Source: an uncultured Prevotellaceae bacterium (GTDB lineage: Bacteria > Bacteroidota > Bacteroidia > Bacteroidales > Bacteroidaceae). Taken from it: a DNA stretch of 64,000 nucleotides. A model generated the notes under the pieces. The model had not been told where the DNA came from and did not search any database. It was given only the letters and a program-made list of their open reading frames with translations. The stretch is from contig CAMNCV010000048.1 in NCBI GenBank assembly GCA_946534585.1, forward strand, positions 19,245 through 83,244, given 5' to 3'. A program made the position numbers and the translations under genes. Positions 1 through 10,342 of this stretch are shown here, in pieces; the stretch's first letter is position 1; each line of letters starts with the position of its first letter.

Positions 1-282
1 AGCTACATCGTGGCTACCGAGGCCGGCATACTGCATGAGTTGCAGCGCACCTGTCCTGAGTGTACTTTCATTCCCGTGCCACCCGAGGTCACCGAGAGCC
101 AGAGCAGCGATGAGGTACTGAGCAAAGGCTCTTGTTCGTGCAACGAGTGTCAGTACATGAAGCTCAACACGCTGGAGAAACTGCGTGACTGTCTGCGCGA
201 CGGTAAGCCAGAGGTCACCGTGGATTCTGCCATCGCCCGCGATGCAGTGAAGCCTATTGAGCGTATGCTCAGCATGAGTTAA
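1..282 (+). CDS. nadA: Quinolinate synthase, C-terminal part (5' truncated by window)
   Basis: IVATEAGILH...C.CNECQYMKLNTLEKL...PIERML is the NadA C-terminal signature; frame is open from position 1. Confidence 0.9.
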   Translation, partial: SYIVATEAGILHELQRTCPECTFIPVPPEVTESQSSDEVLSKGSCSCNECQYMKLNTLEKLRDCLRDGKPEVTVDSAIARDAVKPIERMLSMS

Positions 283-314
283 CTCACCTAAAATATACAC
301 TACCTACCCAACGT

Positions 315-351
315 TAATCCCTCCTGTAATGAAAGACAGGGGGGATTATTT
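315..351 (+). terminator. Intrinsic terminator after nadA
   Basis: TAATCCCTCCTGT / ACAGGGGGGATTA stem followed by TTT. Confidence 0.65.
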
Positions 352-437
352 GTGTAAAAACGTATCAAACGATGTGAAAAAAATCTCATTCTACGTCATT
401 GCCGTGAAAAGACATGAGAATAAAGTGTTTTTTTTAT

Positions 438-445
438 TACCTTTG
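438..445 (+). promoter_or_regulatory. Bacteroidetes -7 promoter element for the GH95 gene
   Basis: TACCTTTG matches TAnnTTTG, 35 nt upstream of ATG. Confidence 0.6.
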
Positions 446-479
446 CATACGTAAACCAAAACAATAATTTTTCCACATA

Positions 480-3029
480 ATGAAACTCTTATCTCTTTCA
501 CTGACGGCAGTCCTCTCGCTGTGGAGCCTGCTTGCCACTGCCGACGACAGCATGAAACTATGGTACTCACGCCCTGCCACCTACTGGGAGGAGGCTCTGC
601 CTCTGGGCAACGGCCATCTGGGAGCCATGGTGAGCAGTGCCGTTGACGTTGACACACTGCAACTGAATGAAGACACCTTCTGGAGCGGCAGTCCGCATAA
701 CAACTACAATGCCAGTGCCCGCACGGTGCTCGACACCATACGTCAGGCTCTGTGGGCACACGACTACGGCAAGGCTCAGCAGCTGGGCATGAAACACATA
801 GTGGCCGACCTCGGCGTGACGGGTCACGGTATGGCCTACGAGTCAGTGGGCCGTATGCTGATTACAGCCACGCCCAACGCCGGAAAAGGCGCGGAAATCA
901 CGTCATACCGCCGCTGGCTCGACCTGAATACGGCTACTGCCGGCATGAGCTACGTGACGGGCGGAATAAAGTATGAGCGCACGTATTTCTGTTCGCTCGC
1001 TGACGATGTGACAATCATACGCCTCACTGCAAGCAAGGACGGCCGACTGCTTAACCCGAAGAAGGCAGGACTGCAGCCTGTGATAGGATTTCTTTCGCCA
1101 GAGAAGACGCAGAGGGTGAAGGCCGCCATGAATGACTATGATGAGCAGACAAAGGTGGTACACTCCACGCTGACACAGAAGGAGATGGAGCATGTGCCCA
1201 ACCTTCTGGAGTGCTATACATTCATACGCACATACTATGACAAGGAGGGTGTGACCATCGTCGTATCCTCTGCCACCAACTTCGTCAACTACCACGACAT
1301 CAGCGGCGATGCCAAGAAGAAGGCTCTTGACGCTATCACGGCCTACGAAGCAAGGGTTAAGAATTATGCTGACGCCCTCGCTGCCCACACATCGAAATAC
1401 AAGGAGCAGTTTGACCGCGTCACGCTCGACCTGGGCCACAACCTCGTGCAGGAACAGAAAGACACAGAGATGCGCATTGCCGAGTTCTCTGAGTTTAAGG
1501 ACCCCAGTCTGGCAGCCCTCTACTTCCAGTTCGGGCGCTATCTGCTTATCTCCTCATCGCAGCCCGGCACGCAGCCGGCCAACCTGCAGGGGATATGGAA
1601 CCCCGATGGCAGACAATATCCTGCGTGGGATTCTAAATATACTACCAACATCAATGTGGAGATGAACTACTGGCCTGCAGAGGTGTGCAACCTCAGCGAG
1701 TGCCACGAGCCATTCCTGCAACTGGTAAGGGATGTCAGCGTGACCGGTCGCGAGTCGGCAGAGAAGATGTATGGCTGTCGCGGCTGGACGCTACACCATA
1801 ACACCGACCTGTGGCGCTCCACGGGAGCCGTTGACTATGCCTCGTGTGCCGTATGGCCTACGTGTGGCGCATGGTTCTGCCAGCATCTGTGGGAGCGTTA
1901 TCTCTTCAGCGGCGACAAGCAGTATCTGCAACACGTATATCCCATATTAAAGTCAGCTGCACAGTTTTATCAGGATTTCCTCGTGCGCGACCCCGAGAGC
2001 GGCTATATGGTGGCTGCTCCGTCAACATCGCCCGAGAACAACCCCGGACTGGGCTCTTACACTGACGAGAACGGAAGGAAGTCTGCCTTCGCCCACTTCG
2101 CCGGCGTCACGATGGACAACCAGATGATTTATGACCTCTTGCGCTCCGTCAGTCTTGCGGCGCATCACCTCAACATCGACAGACAGTTTGCCGATTCGCT
2201 CGACGCACTGCGCTCACAGCTTCCGCCAATGATGATTGGCAAGTACGGACAGTTGCAGGAATGGCTCGAAGACTGGGACCGCGAGACTTCAGGCCATCGC
2301 CATATCTCGCATCTGTGGGGAGCCTATCCCGGCAATCAGGTGTCAGCCTACGAGACTCCGGAACTCTTTCAAGCCGTGCGCAAGTCGCTCATAGGCCGCG
2401 GCGATGCCAGCAGAGGTTGGTCAATGGGGTGGAAAGTGTGCCAGTGGGCACGACAGCTCGACGGCAATCATGCCATGACGCTCATCAAGAACCAGCTTCA
2501 TCTAAAAGACCCCAACTGCACGATAAGAGACCAGGACGGCGGCACGTACACCAATATGTTTGACGCTCACCCACCCTTCCAGATTGACGGCAACTTCGGT
2601 TGCTGCGCCGGCATTGCCGAAATGCTCGTGCAGAGCCACGACGGCTGCGTACACCTGCTGCCTGCTCTGCCTGACGTATGGGCGAAGCAAGGCACGGTGA
2701 AAGGCTTGCGCTGCCGCGGCGGCTTCGTCATTGAGGAACTCTCATGGAGCAACGGGCGCATCACCACGCTCCGCATACGTTCCACCATCGGCGGAAACCT
2801 GCGCCTGCGCCTGCCGGCGGATGAGCAGGGAAACATCTCGCTGCACCTCACCTCTGGCTCTACGATGACAAAGGCTCATGGCGAGAACACCAACCCACTG
2901 ATGCCTACCTACGGCACTCCTGCTCCGAAGATTAAGGACCCTGCGAAGATACCCGAACTGAAACTGGCTCCCACACAGCTCTATGACATCAGCACTTCTG
3001 CAGACGAGGTCTTGGAATGGAAGAACTGA
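480..3029 (+). CDS. Glycoside hydrolase family 95 (alpha-L-fucosidase/galactosidase), secreted
   Basis: Signal peptide; [66 protein letters not shown] motifs. Confidence 0.92.
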   Translation: MKLLSLSLTAVLSLWSLLATADDSMKLWYSRPATYWEEALPLGNGHLGAMVSSAVDVDTLQLNEDTFWSGSPHNNYNASARTVLDTIRQALWAHDYGKAQQLGMKHIVADLGVTGHGMAYESVGRMLITATPNAGKGAEITSYRRWLDLNTATAGMSYVTGGIKYERTYFCSLADDVTIIRLTASKDGRLLNPKKAGLQPVIGFLSPEKTQRVKAAMNDYDEQTKVVHSTLTQKEMEHVPNLLECYTFIRTYYDKEGVTIVVSSATNFVNYHDISGDAKKKALDAITAYEARVKNYADALAAHTSKYKEQFDRVTLDLGHNLVQEQKDTEMRIAEFSEFKDPSLAALYFQFGRYLLISSSQPGTQPANLQGIWNPDGRQYPAWDSKYTTNINVEMNYWPAEVCNLSECHEPFLQLVRDVSVTGRESAEKMYGCRGWTLHHNTDLWRSTGAVDYASCAVWPTCGAWFCQHLWERYLFSGDKQYLQHVYPILKSAAQFYQDFLVRDPESGYMVAAPSTSPENNPGLGSYTDENGRKSAFAHFAGVTMDNQMIYDLLRSVSLAAHHLNIDRQFADSLDALRSQLPPMMIGKYGQLQEWLEDWDRETSGHRHISHLWGAYPGNQVSAYETPELFQAVRKSLIGRGDASRGWSMGWKVCQWARQLDGNHAMTLIKNQLHLKDPNCTIRDQDGGTYTNMFDAHPPFQIDGNFGCCAGIAEMLVQSHDGCVHLLPALPDVWAKQGTVKGLRCRGGFVIEELSWSNGRITTLRIRSTIGGNLRLRLPADEQGNISLHLTSGSTMTKAHGENTNPLMPTYGTPAPKIKDPAKIPELKLAPTQLYDISTSADEVLEWKN

Positions 3030-3078
3030 ATGACAGGAGGATGTAATACCGAAAGACATCAGTAATTTATACAATATA

Positions 3079-3163
3079 GCAATCGCTATGCCTTTACCGT
3101 GTAATCTCTATCAGATTACCGAGTAAAGGCATAGCGATTGCAGTGTAAAGGGATTGTGATTAG
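3079..3163. repeat. 22-bp-period quasi-palindromic array (4 units); also a long hairpin between convergent genes
   Basis: GCAATCGCTATGCCTTTAC cgt GTAATCTCTATCAGATTAC cga GTAAAGGCATAGCGATTGC agt GTAAAGGGATTGTGATTAG; units 1 and 3 are perfect reverse complements. Confidence 0.85.
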
Positions 3164-3194
3164 TTGATACAATCCGTGGCAGTATTATTCAACC

Positions 3195-4787
3195 CTACTT
3201 GAGGAACTCCTCCAACTGCTGCATCTCCTCCTTCAGTTCGGCAGGCTTGAAACCATGGCCGGCACCTGGTATTACGTGCAGACGAGCATCCTTATAGAGT
3301 TGCACGGCACGCTCGCTGTCTTTCATCGACACTACAGTATCCTTGTCGCCCTGCACTATCAATACCGGTCCGCGGTATTTGCCTATCATGCTGAGCGGTT
3401 TCATATCGTGTATCTCCTCAAAGAAACGACGGCCGAGGCGCACGCCCCACAGGCGCGTAGTGTCAGGAATATCCTGCAGGCGCGGATAGTGCTCGCGCCA
3501 GTTGTCGGGTATGCAGAGCGCAGGGAATACCAATACGAGCTTGCTTATGTCGTTTCGCATCTGTGCAGCAGTGAGAGCCGACACCAGTCCGCCCTGGCTC
3601 TCGCCAATGAGCACTATCTCTCCACTGCCGCGGAAGTGGTTGACGATGGCCCGAAGGTCGCTCTGCTCATCGAGTATTGACATGTTGAGCGTGTTATTGT
3701 CGGAACGGCTATTGACGGAACCGCATGGGAAGTCAAACACATAGCATCGGTAGCCCAGCCGTCCGAGTGTCTCGAAATAGTTGCGCCCGAAGTGGTGCGT
3801 GCCGTTGAAGCCATGGGATACGATGACCGTGCCGCGCACATCGCCCTGCGGAGTGTATAGCTCGCCGTATATCTGCCGGTCGCCATTGGTTATCCACAGC
3901 GGCTTTATGTTCTTGAAATCCACGAAATTCTTCGCCTGAATCTTCCATCCATCATATCCCTTAGCCTTCCCACCGAGGAAGGTTTCAGCGCGGTCAGTCT
4001 GCCCCTTCAGCTGCCAGTCGAGCCAGTCTGTCACCAGTCGGGCATAGTCACCGCCATACTGCTGGCGGTATGTGCCGCCGTGACCTGAGGCAGGGTGGTC
4101 TGCCCATGCCACCGGCACGTGGGCAATGCGCATATAGTCCTTGCCGGCATTCTGGTATGCCACGTCGCTCTCGCCACCCGTAACGTAGAGTGTGGGCGTA
4201 TGCAACAGCGGCAGCGAACTACGGCTTGCGCCCGCCATCTCCATGTCGCCCATGCCGGCATTCATGATTATACACGTGGTAAGACGACGGTCGGCTGCGT
4301 TATACAACACCTGAGCACCGCCACAGGAATGGCCGGCAGCAGCAATGCGCGTGGTATCAATGTTCATATAGTAGTCACTGCCCTTCGTGCGGTTCTGACG
4401 AAGCATCCAGTCAAGGCCGCGCTTGAGTTCCGACGACTCCGTATGGTTCTGCTTGCGACTATCAACACTGTCTTCCATCTCGCCTATAGCCATAACCACA
4501 TAGCCATGCGATGCTATCTCCGTCAGCATACGCTCATAGCCTGCGCTGGAGTCCATGCAACCGCCGTTGGCCCACATCAGCAGCGGCAAGTCGCCGCAGC
4601 GTGCGTGGGCATGCGCCATATCACGAGGGTGGTAGATAACAAAGTCAGCCATAGCCGTGTCTTTCACCGCCACGGCCTTAAACATACCCGTGCCACCGCC
4701 ATCGATGGTCTTTGTCCTTACTGTCTGCGCCATGCACAGCGTGCTTGCCAGAAGCAGGAGTAGAGAGAGAGAATAAGATTTCATCAT
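3195..4787 (-). CDS. Secreted tandem alpha/beta-hydrolase (two esterase domains)
   Basis: Signal peptide; domain 1 GHSCGG...GGESD...GHGG; domain 2 SHGFNG...GESQGG...QGDKD...GAGHGF. Confidence 0.85.
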   Translation of the reverse strand: MMKSYSLSLLLLLASTLCMAQTVRTKTIDGGGTGMFKAVAVKDTAMADFVIYHPRDMAHAHARCGDLPLLMWANGGCMDSSAGYERMLTEIASHGYVVMAIGEMEDSVDSRKQNHTESSELKRGLDWMLRQNRTKGSDYYMNIDTTRIAAAGHSCGGAQVLYNAADRRLTTCIIMNAGMGDMEMAGASRSSLPLLHTPTLYVTGGESDVAYQNAGKDYMRIAHVPVAWADHPASGHGGTYRQQYGGDYARLVTDWLDWQLKGQTDRAETFLGGKAKGYDGWKIQAKNFVDFKNIKPLWITNGDRQIYGELYTPQGDVRGTVIVSHGFNGTHHFGRNYFETLGRLGYRCYVFDFPCGSVNSRSDNNTLNMSILDEQSDLRAIVNHFRGSGEIVLIGESQGGLVSALTAAQMRNDISKLVLVFPALCIPDNWREHYPRLQDIPDTTRLWGVRLGRRFFEEIHDMKPLSMIGKYRGPVLIVQGDKDTVVSMKDSERAVQLYKDARLHVIPGAGHGFKPAELKEEMQQLEEFLK

Positions 4788-4850
4788 GTTTATTGTTTAA
4801 AATGTTAGTTTTCTTTGCAGAGTTACTATTCCAAACCAATTAGCAAGATG

Positions 4851-4858
4851 CAAAGTTA
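4851..4858 (-). promoter_or_regulatory. -7 promoter element for the esterase gene
   Basis: CAAAGTTA on + = TAACTTTG on -. Confidence 0.6.
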
Positions 4859-5019
4859 CTGTTTTTTTCCGAAACAAGACAAGAAAAACGTAGCATTAGC
4901 ATGAAAAAATGTATCGAAAAACTAATTGCATCTATTAGCTGCTACAATGCAGAAGCATCTGTTGGTTATACCAAGTACTCCAAGTAATCAGAGAAATAAG
5001 GAAAAACATTGATTATTCG

Positions 5020-5051
5020 TTTGCACATATCAGAATATTATCGTAACTTTG
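5020..5051 (+). promoter_or_regulatory. Promoter for dusB-POT transporter
   Basis: TTTG (5020) - 20 nt - TAACTTTG (5044). Confidence 0.7.
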
Positions 5052-5127
5052 CAGTCAGTAATAAGAAGAGAGCGTGGCGGAGAAAGCCTGGGGAGAGTGA
5101 AGAACCGAAAGACAGAAGAATTGGAAG

Positions 5128-6150
5128 ATGGAAGATAATAAGGATGAAAAGATTGAAGGATGGCACGGACAACGACCGCTTTTCCTTGCACCGATGGAGG
5201 ATGTTACCGATATAGGGTTCAGACGACTCTGTAAGCGGTATGGCGCTGCTATGGTATATACCGAGTTCGTGGCGGCGGAAGCTCTGATACGCAATGTCAA
5301 GGACACCGTGAGGAAACTCACCGTCAGCGATGACGAGCGGTCTGTTGGCATACAGATATACGGCAGGACGGTGGAAGCCGTGGTGGAGGCTGCACGCATC
5401 GTGGAGCAGGAGGCTGCACCCGATGTCATCGACCTTAACTTCGGTTGTCCGGTGAAGAAGGTGGCCGGCAAGGGAGCCGGCGCCGGTATGTTGCGACAGA
5501 TACCGCTGATGCTGCGCATGACCGAGGCGGTAGTGAAGGCCGTCAACACGCCCGTGACGGTGAAGACCAGACTGGGATGGGATGCACAGAACTACGTCTT
5601 TGGTCGGGAACTGTCGCAGGAGTACGCCCCTGAGGGCGGCTGGCAGGGCAAGGATCTGGCAGAGTGGCTGCAGGACTGTGGCATCAAGGCTCTGACAATA
5701 CACGGCCGCACGCGTTCGCAGATGTACACTGGCGATGCCGACTGGCGACTGATAGGTGAGGTGAAGCGCAACCCACGCATACACATACCCATCATAGGCA
5801 ACGGCGACATCACGTCACTCGACGAAGCCGACCGCGCCTTCGACGAGTATGGCGTAGATGCCGTGATGATTGGCAGAGCCACATTCGGACAACCATGGCT
5901 GTTTTCGCGTGAAGCCAACGAGACGCTCACCACGGCTGAGAAGATAGGAGTATTGCAGGAACTCCTGCAAATCAACATCGACCGCATAGGCGATGAATAC
6001 AAAGCCATACTGCATACACGCCGCCATCTGGCTGCAACACCCGTGTTCAAGGGAATACCTGACTTCCGCCCGACACGCATACAGATGCTCCGCGCCAATA
6101 CTGCCAGCGAACTCAACCTTATTCTTGAAAATCTGAAAGAAAAACTGTAA
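5128..6150 (+). CDS. dusB: tRNA-dihydrouridine synthase
   Basis: LAPMEDVTD, IDLNFGCP, HGRTRSQMY, IGNGDI, MIGRA motifs; start codon uncertain (lies in a repeat tract). Confidence 0.9.
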   Translation: MEDNKDEKIEGWHGQRPLFLAPMEDVTDIGFRRLCKRYGAAMVYTEFVAAEALIRNVKDTVRKLTVSDDERSVGIQIYGRTVEAVVEAARIVEQEAAPDVIDLNFGCPVKKVAGKGAGAGMLRQIPLMLRMTEAVVKAVNTPVTVKTRLGWDAQNYVFGRELSQEYAPEGGWQGKDLAEWLQDCGIKALTIHGRTRSQMYTGDADWRLIGEVKRNPRIHIPIIGNGDITSLDEADRAFDEYGVDAVMIGRATFGQPWLFSREANETLTTAEKIGVLQELLQINIDRIGDEYKAILHTRRHLAATPVFKGIPDFRPTRIQMLRANTASELNLILENLKEKL

Positions 6151-6178
6151 TCACAACAAAATCAATACACAGACACTG

Positions 6179-7813
6179 ATGCAACACCCTAAAGGTCTCT
6201 ATCTGCTCTTCATCACCGAGATGGCGGAGCGCTTCTCTTACTACGGCATGAGGGCTCTCTTCGTGCTTTATCTCGTTGCTGCTTTCTTTACCAACGACGA
6301 GGCAAGCCAGATTTATGGTTCCTATACCGGACTGGTATATCTTACTCCACTGCTGGGAGGATACATTGCCGACCGCTATTGGGGCAACCGCCGCAGCATA
6401 ATAACCGGTGGTCTCATCATGGCCGTAGGGCAATTCCTGATGTTTGCATCCGCTTGTCTTGTCAGACAGAGTATCTTTGCCGAAGACGGCGCAATCGACA
6501 CAAGCGTTGACAACACCGCATCCATGTGGCTGATGTTCATCGGACTGGCTGCGCTTATCATCGGCAACGGTTTCTTCAAACCCAACATCTCGACCATGGT
6601 GGGCGACCTCTACGAACCGCAGGACCAGCGTAAGGACTCTGCCTTCACCATATTCTATATGGGCATAAACCTCGGAGCCTTCATAGCACCATTCATATGC
6701 GGTACACTCGGCGAAGGCAACTGGGCTGACCCCGGGCGCTTCCGCTGGGGCTTCTTTGCCGCAGGTGTGGCCATGGTGCTGTCGGTGGTAGTGTTCTGGC
6801 TATATAAGGACAGGTATCTCGTAACGCCTGACGGACAGCAGGTGGGTACTGCGACTGTTAAAACGGAAAAGCGCAAAGATGTGAATACGGAAGTAGCAAA
6901 GGATGGAAAGATGGAAGAATTGAAGGGCGAAAAGACGGAAGAACAAGAAAGAAGAAAAGCCTCAATACTTAAACTCCTCAACCCTTCATTACTATACGTT
7001 GTCGCTGCACTGCTGCTATTCCTGCTCTTCGCCCAGGGTACCGACAACGTCAACGACTATATCTCTGCAGCAATCTACTCCATCTCGATAGTGCTGCCCG
7101 TGTTTATCATCACCGATAAAAGTCTGACGCATGCGGAGCGTCTGCGCATAGGCGTCATATATGTCATAGCCGTGTTTGTCATCTTCTTCTGGAGTGCCTT
7201 CGAGCAGGCAGGCTCCTCGCTCACGCTGATAGCCGACCAGCAGACCGACCGCCACATAGGGCAGTGGGAAATGCCCACGACATGGTTTCAGTCAATCAAT
7301 CCCGTGGTGGTGGTCACCTTCGCACCACTGATGGCCATGCTGTGGGAATGGCTGCTGAAGCGTGGCATACGCATACACTCCATCACCAAACAGGCTCTTG
7401 GACTGATGCTCCTTGCACTCGGCTACGTCGTCATAGCCTATGGCTCACGCGGACTGAGCCCTACGGCAAAGATGAGCATGTGGTGGCTTTTCGCCCTGTA
7501 TTTCATACATACCATCGGCGAACTGTCGCTCTCGCCCATCGGACTGTCACTGGTCACCAAACTCTCTCCGGCCCGCATGGCATCGCTGCTGATGGGTGTA
7601 TGGTTTATGAGCAATGCCGCAAGCAACATACTTGCCGGCCGTCTTGCCACGCTGCTACCTGCAGCCGGCAAGCCCGCATCTTCTTTCTGCGGAGTAAGGA
7701 TAGAGACGCTGACCGACTTCTTCCTTCTCTTTGCCGTCATGGCAGGCGTAGCCTCGATAATGCTTTTCTGCCTTACACCGCTGCTCAAGCGTATGATGAA
7801 GGAGGAGGAATAA
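6179..7813 (+). CDS. POT/PTR family proton-dependent oligopeptide transporter (MFS)
   Basis: EMAERFSYYGM (ExxERFxYY), GNGFFKPNISTMVG, FYMGINLG motifs; multiple TM helices. Confidence 0.92.
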   Translation: MQHPKGLYLLFITEMAERFSYYGMRALFVLYLVAAFFTNDEASQIYGSYTGLVYLTPLLGGYIADRYWGNRRSIITGGLIMAVGQFLMFASACLVRQSIFAEDGAIDTSVDNTASMWLMFIGLAALIIGNGFFKPNISTMVGDLYEPQDQRKDSAFTIFYMGINLGAFIAPFICGTLGEGNWADPGRFRWGFFAAGVAMVLSVVVFWLYKDRYLVTPDGQQVGTATVKTEKRKDVNTEVAKDGKMEELKGEKTEEQERRKASILKLLNPSLLYVVAALLLFLLFAQGTDNVNDYISAAIYSISIVLPVFIITDKSLTHAERLRIGVIYVIAVFVIFFWSAFEQAGSSLTLIADQQTDRHIGQWEMPTTWFQSINPVVVVTFAPLMAMLWEWLLKRGIRIHSITKQALGLMLLALGYVVIAYGSRGLSPTAKMSMWWLFALYFIHTIGELSLSPIGLSLVTKLSPARMASLLMGVWFMSNAASNILAGRLATLLPAAGKPASSFCGVRIETLTDFFLLFAVMAGVASIMLFCLTPLLKRMMKEEE

Positions 7814-7830
7814 GTACGTGTACATAATTA

Positions 7831-7862
7831 TTTGGCAGTTTCAGGAAAAATCATTAACTTTG
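7831..7862 (+). promoter_or_regulatory. Promoter for rhomboid-EEP genes
   Basis: TTTG (7831) - 20 nt - TAACTTTG (7855). Confidence 0.7.
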
Positions 7863-7957
7863 CAGGCGTTATCATAAAAGGCGGATAATGACCCACCTTG
7901 AATTTATAGTTATCCAATTCATAATCTACGATTAAAGGGCTTCAAGAGAATAAACAC

Positions 7958-8914
7958 ATGAGACAGATACCCACGATTACAAAAAACCTTCTTATCATCA
8001 ACGTCATCTGCTATCTGGCTTACGTAGTGCTGGGAGGCAGGGGCATCGACCTCAATGACATCTTCGGACTGCACTATTTCCAGGCTACGGACTTCCGGCT
8101 GTATCAGGCACTGACGTATATGTTCATGCACGCTTCGTTTGAGCATATCTTCTTCAATATGTTTGCACTGTGGATGTTTGGCGGTGTCATCGAGCGCACG
8201 TTTGGCGAGAAGCGTTTCCTTATATACTACCTTGTGTGCGGACTGGGTGCCGCACTGTGTCAGGAGGTATCGCAGTTTGTGCAGGTTTACCTCATGGTGG
8301 CCGACCAAGGCGGTACGCTGGCTGACGTAATGAGGCTTGACACGGCAGACCGCATGGTCCTAAACACATGGACTACCGTCGGGGCTTCGGGCTGCATATA
8401 CGGTGTGCTGCTGGCCTTCGGCATGACATATCCCGAGGAGCGCATGTTTATCTTCCCACTGCCCGTGCCTATCAAGGCTAAGTGGTTTGTCATAGGCTAC
8501 GCTGCCATCGAGGTGGCACTGGCTCTGATGCAGCGCGGTGACGGTGTGGCTCACGTGGCTCACCTTGGCGGTATGCTCTTCGGTTGGCTGCTGCTGCGCT
8601 CGTGGCGTAAGACGAAGCCCGGCTTCAACGGATGGGATGGCTATGAGGTGAAGGATGATTCGAAGACGATACTCGGTCGCATACGCTCGTGGCTGCATCT
8701 CGACCACGACAATGATAAGGACGAAGACCTGAACTATGGCAGGCAGAATACTACCTCGCGCCATCAGCAGGACTGGGAGTATAACGCCCGCAAGAATGAG
8801 GAGAAGAAACAGACGGAGGCTGAGATTGACCGTATTCTCGACAAGATACGCAAGTCGGGCTATTCATCGCTGACCGAGGAGGAGAAGAAGAAACTGTTTG
8901 AACAGCGCCGCTGA
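7958..8914 (+). CDS. Rhomboid family intramembrane serine protease with C-terminal DUF6576-like domain
   Basis: TYMFMH..FEHIFFNM, VGASG, AHVAHLGG; tail EIDRILDKIRKSGYSSLTEEEKKKLF. Confidence 0.9.
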   Translation: MRQIPTITKNLLIINVICYLAYVVLGGRGIDLNDIFGLHYFQATDFRLYQALTYMFMHASFEHIFFNMFALWMFGGVIERTFGEKRFLIYYLVCGLGAALCQEVSQFVQVYLMVADQGGTLADVMRLDTADRMVLNTWTTVGASGCIYGVLLAFGMTYPEERMFIFPLPVPIKAKWFVIGYAAIEVALALMQRGDGVAHVAHLGGMLFGWLLLRSWRKTKPGFNGWDGYEVKDDSKTILGRIRSWLHLDHDNDKDEDLNYGRQNTTSRHQQDWEYNARKNEEKKQTEAEIDRILDKIRKSGYSSLTEEEKKKLFEQRR

Positions 8915-8981
8915 CTACGGATTACGCGGATTGTCATATCACAACAGACTACGCAGATTACACGAACTATATGACAACGAG

Positions 8982-9011
8982 ATTACGGTGGTAATCAATA
9001 GAACACACCTA
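8982..9011 (+). repeat. Dispersed GGTG-N15-CACC motif, copy 1 (others at 20131, 34228, 40661)
   Basis: ATTACGGTGGTAATCAATAGAACACACCTA aligns with three other intergenic copies. Confidence 0.75.
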
Positions 9012-9053
9012 AAGTACCCGTAGGAGACTGACAAGGAAAAGAACGATAAGACA

Positions 9054-10166
9054 ATGAAGAAGATAATATCGAAGACAATATGGATTGTGTCGCTACTGGC
9101 AGGACTGGGGCTTATCATCACCAGTTATGCCGGATGGCTCAACCCAAACACATGGTCATGGCTCTCACTGGCAGGATATGCCTTCCCCTTGTTTCTGTTG
9201 CTTACGATGGCATGCCTCGTGATATGTGCGCTGATAAGAAAACGCTACCTGCTCGTGCCGTTCTTTGCGCTCATAGCGGCATATCCGGCAGTGTCGCTTT
9301 ACTTCCCGCTACACTTCGCAGCATTGGGCGACCCCGTGACGAGCGACTCCACACTGACCGTCATATCCTACAATACCTACAACTGGTCATGGGGTGAAGG
9401 AGTTAAAGACAAGAACGAGGAACCCAACCGCGTGGTGGAGTTTCTTGCTGCGCAGGACGTTGACGTGATGTGCCTGCAGGAGTCACCGCTCACTGGCTAC
9501 AGCACTAATGAGCTGAACCGCCAAGTGACCAAGAAACTGCAATACATCGACACCATCCACGGTCATGGTGCCAGCACGCTGACGCTGATAAGCCGTTTCC
9601 CCATCGTGAGGAAGCAATTCATTGACTACGACACCAAGGGCAACATCTCGGGAGCCTTTTGGCTCAACGTGCGCGGCCGCGAGGTAATTATACTGAGCAA
9701 CCACCTGCAGACCATGGGCTTCACCATGGGTGAGCGCGAGGACTTCAGCAGCATGGTACACGGCGAGAAGGAGAGCCGCGACGAGATAAAGAACACGTCG
9801 CACACCATCGCAGGCAAGATACTGAGCGCATCGAAAATCCGAGCCAACCAGGCGGAGGCATTGGCGGCGTTCATCCGTGACCACAAGAACGAACCGCTCA
9901 TCGTATGTGGCGACTTCAACGACATACCTCAGTCATACACCTACCATACTATCAGCTCTGCGCTCGATGATGAGGCGGATGCCCTGACTGACTGTTACCG
10001 CGCCGTGGCGGCAGGCCCCGGTTTCACCTACAGCCGCTACGGCATACGCGCACGCATAGACCACATGTTCTGCTCCAGCCATCTGGAACCCATACACTGC
10101 CGCGTAGATCGCACCACTGATGCCTCTGACCATTACCCGATTATCTGCCAGATGGTTTTCAGATAA
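9054..10166 (+). CDS. Membrane-anchored endonuclease/exonuclease/phosphatase (EEP) family protein
   Basis: Three N-terminal TM segments; SYN, CLQE, CGDFND, RIDH, SDH motifs. Confidence 0.88.
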   Translation: MKKIISKTIWIVSLLAGLGLIITSYAGWLNPNTWSWLSLAGYAFPLFLLLTMACLVICALIRKRYLLVPFFALIAAYPAVSLYFPLHFAALGDPVTSDSTLTVISYNTYNWSWGEGVKDKNEEPNRVVEFLAAQDVDVMCLQESPLTGYSTNELNRQVTKKLQYIDTIHGHGASTLTLISRFPIVRKQFIDYDTKGNISGAFWLNVRGREVIILSNHLQTMGFTMGEREDFSSMVHGEKESRDEIKNTSHTIAGKILSASKIRANQAEALAAFIRDHKNEPLIVCGDFNDIPQSYTYHTISSALDDEADALTDCYRAVAAGPGFTYSRYGIRARIDHMFCSSHLEPIHCRVDRTTDASDHYPIICQMVFR

Positions 10167-10241
10167 TGCCACGGATATCCTTAGTAAATATATTTTCTGT
10201 GAATTATGCAGGGTAAGACAGAGTCGCTTGAACATACCCTC

Positions 10242-10326
10242 GCAAAAGCAATGCGATTACCACGTAATAGCTATCATATTACATGGTAATCGCATTGCTT
10301 TTGTATGGCAATCACACTGCCTTCGC
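10242..10326. repeat. 22-bp-period quasi-palindromic array (4 units); hairpin between convergent genes
   Basis: GCAAAAGCAATGCGATTAC cac GTAATAGCTATCATATTAC atg GTAATCGCATTGCTTTTGT atg GCAATCACACTGCCTTCGC. Confidence 0.85.
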
Positions 10327-10342
10327 TCAGGCTTGCTAGTGC

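Noticed and set aside
3079-3163. 22-bp-period arrays as mini-CRISPRs or integron attC sites
   Set aside because: Gaps are only 3 nt, units are degenerate, and there is no integrase or cassette structure.
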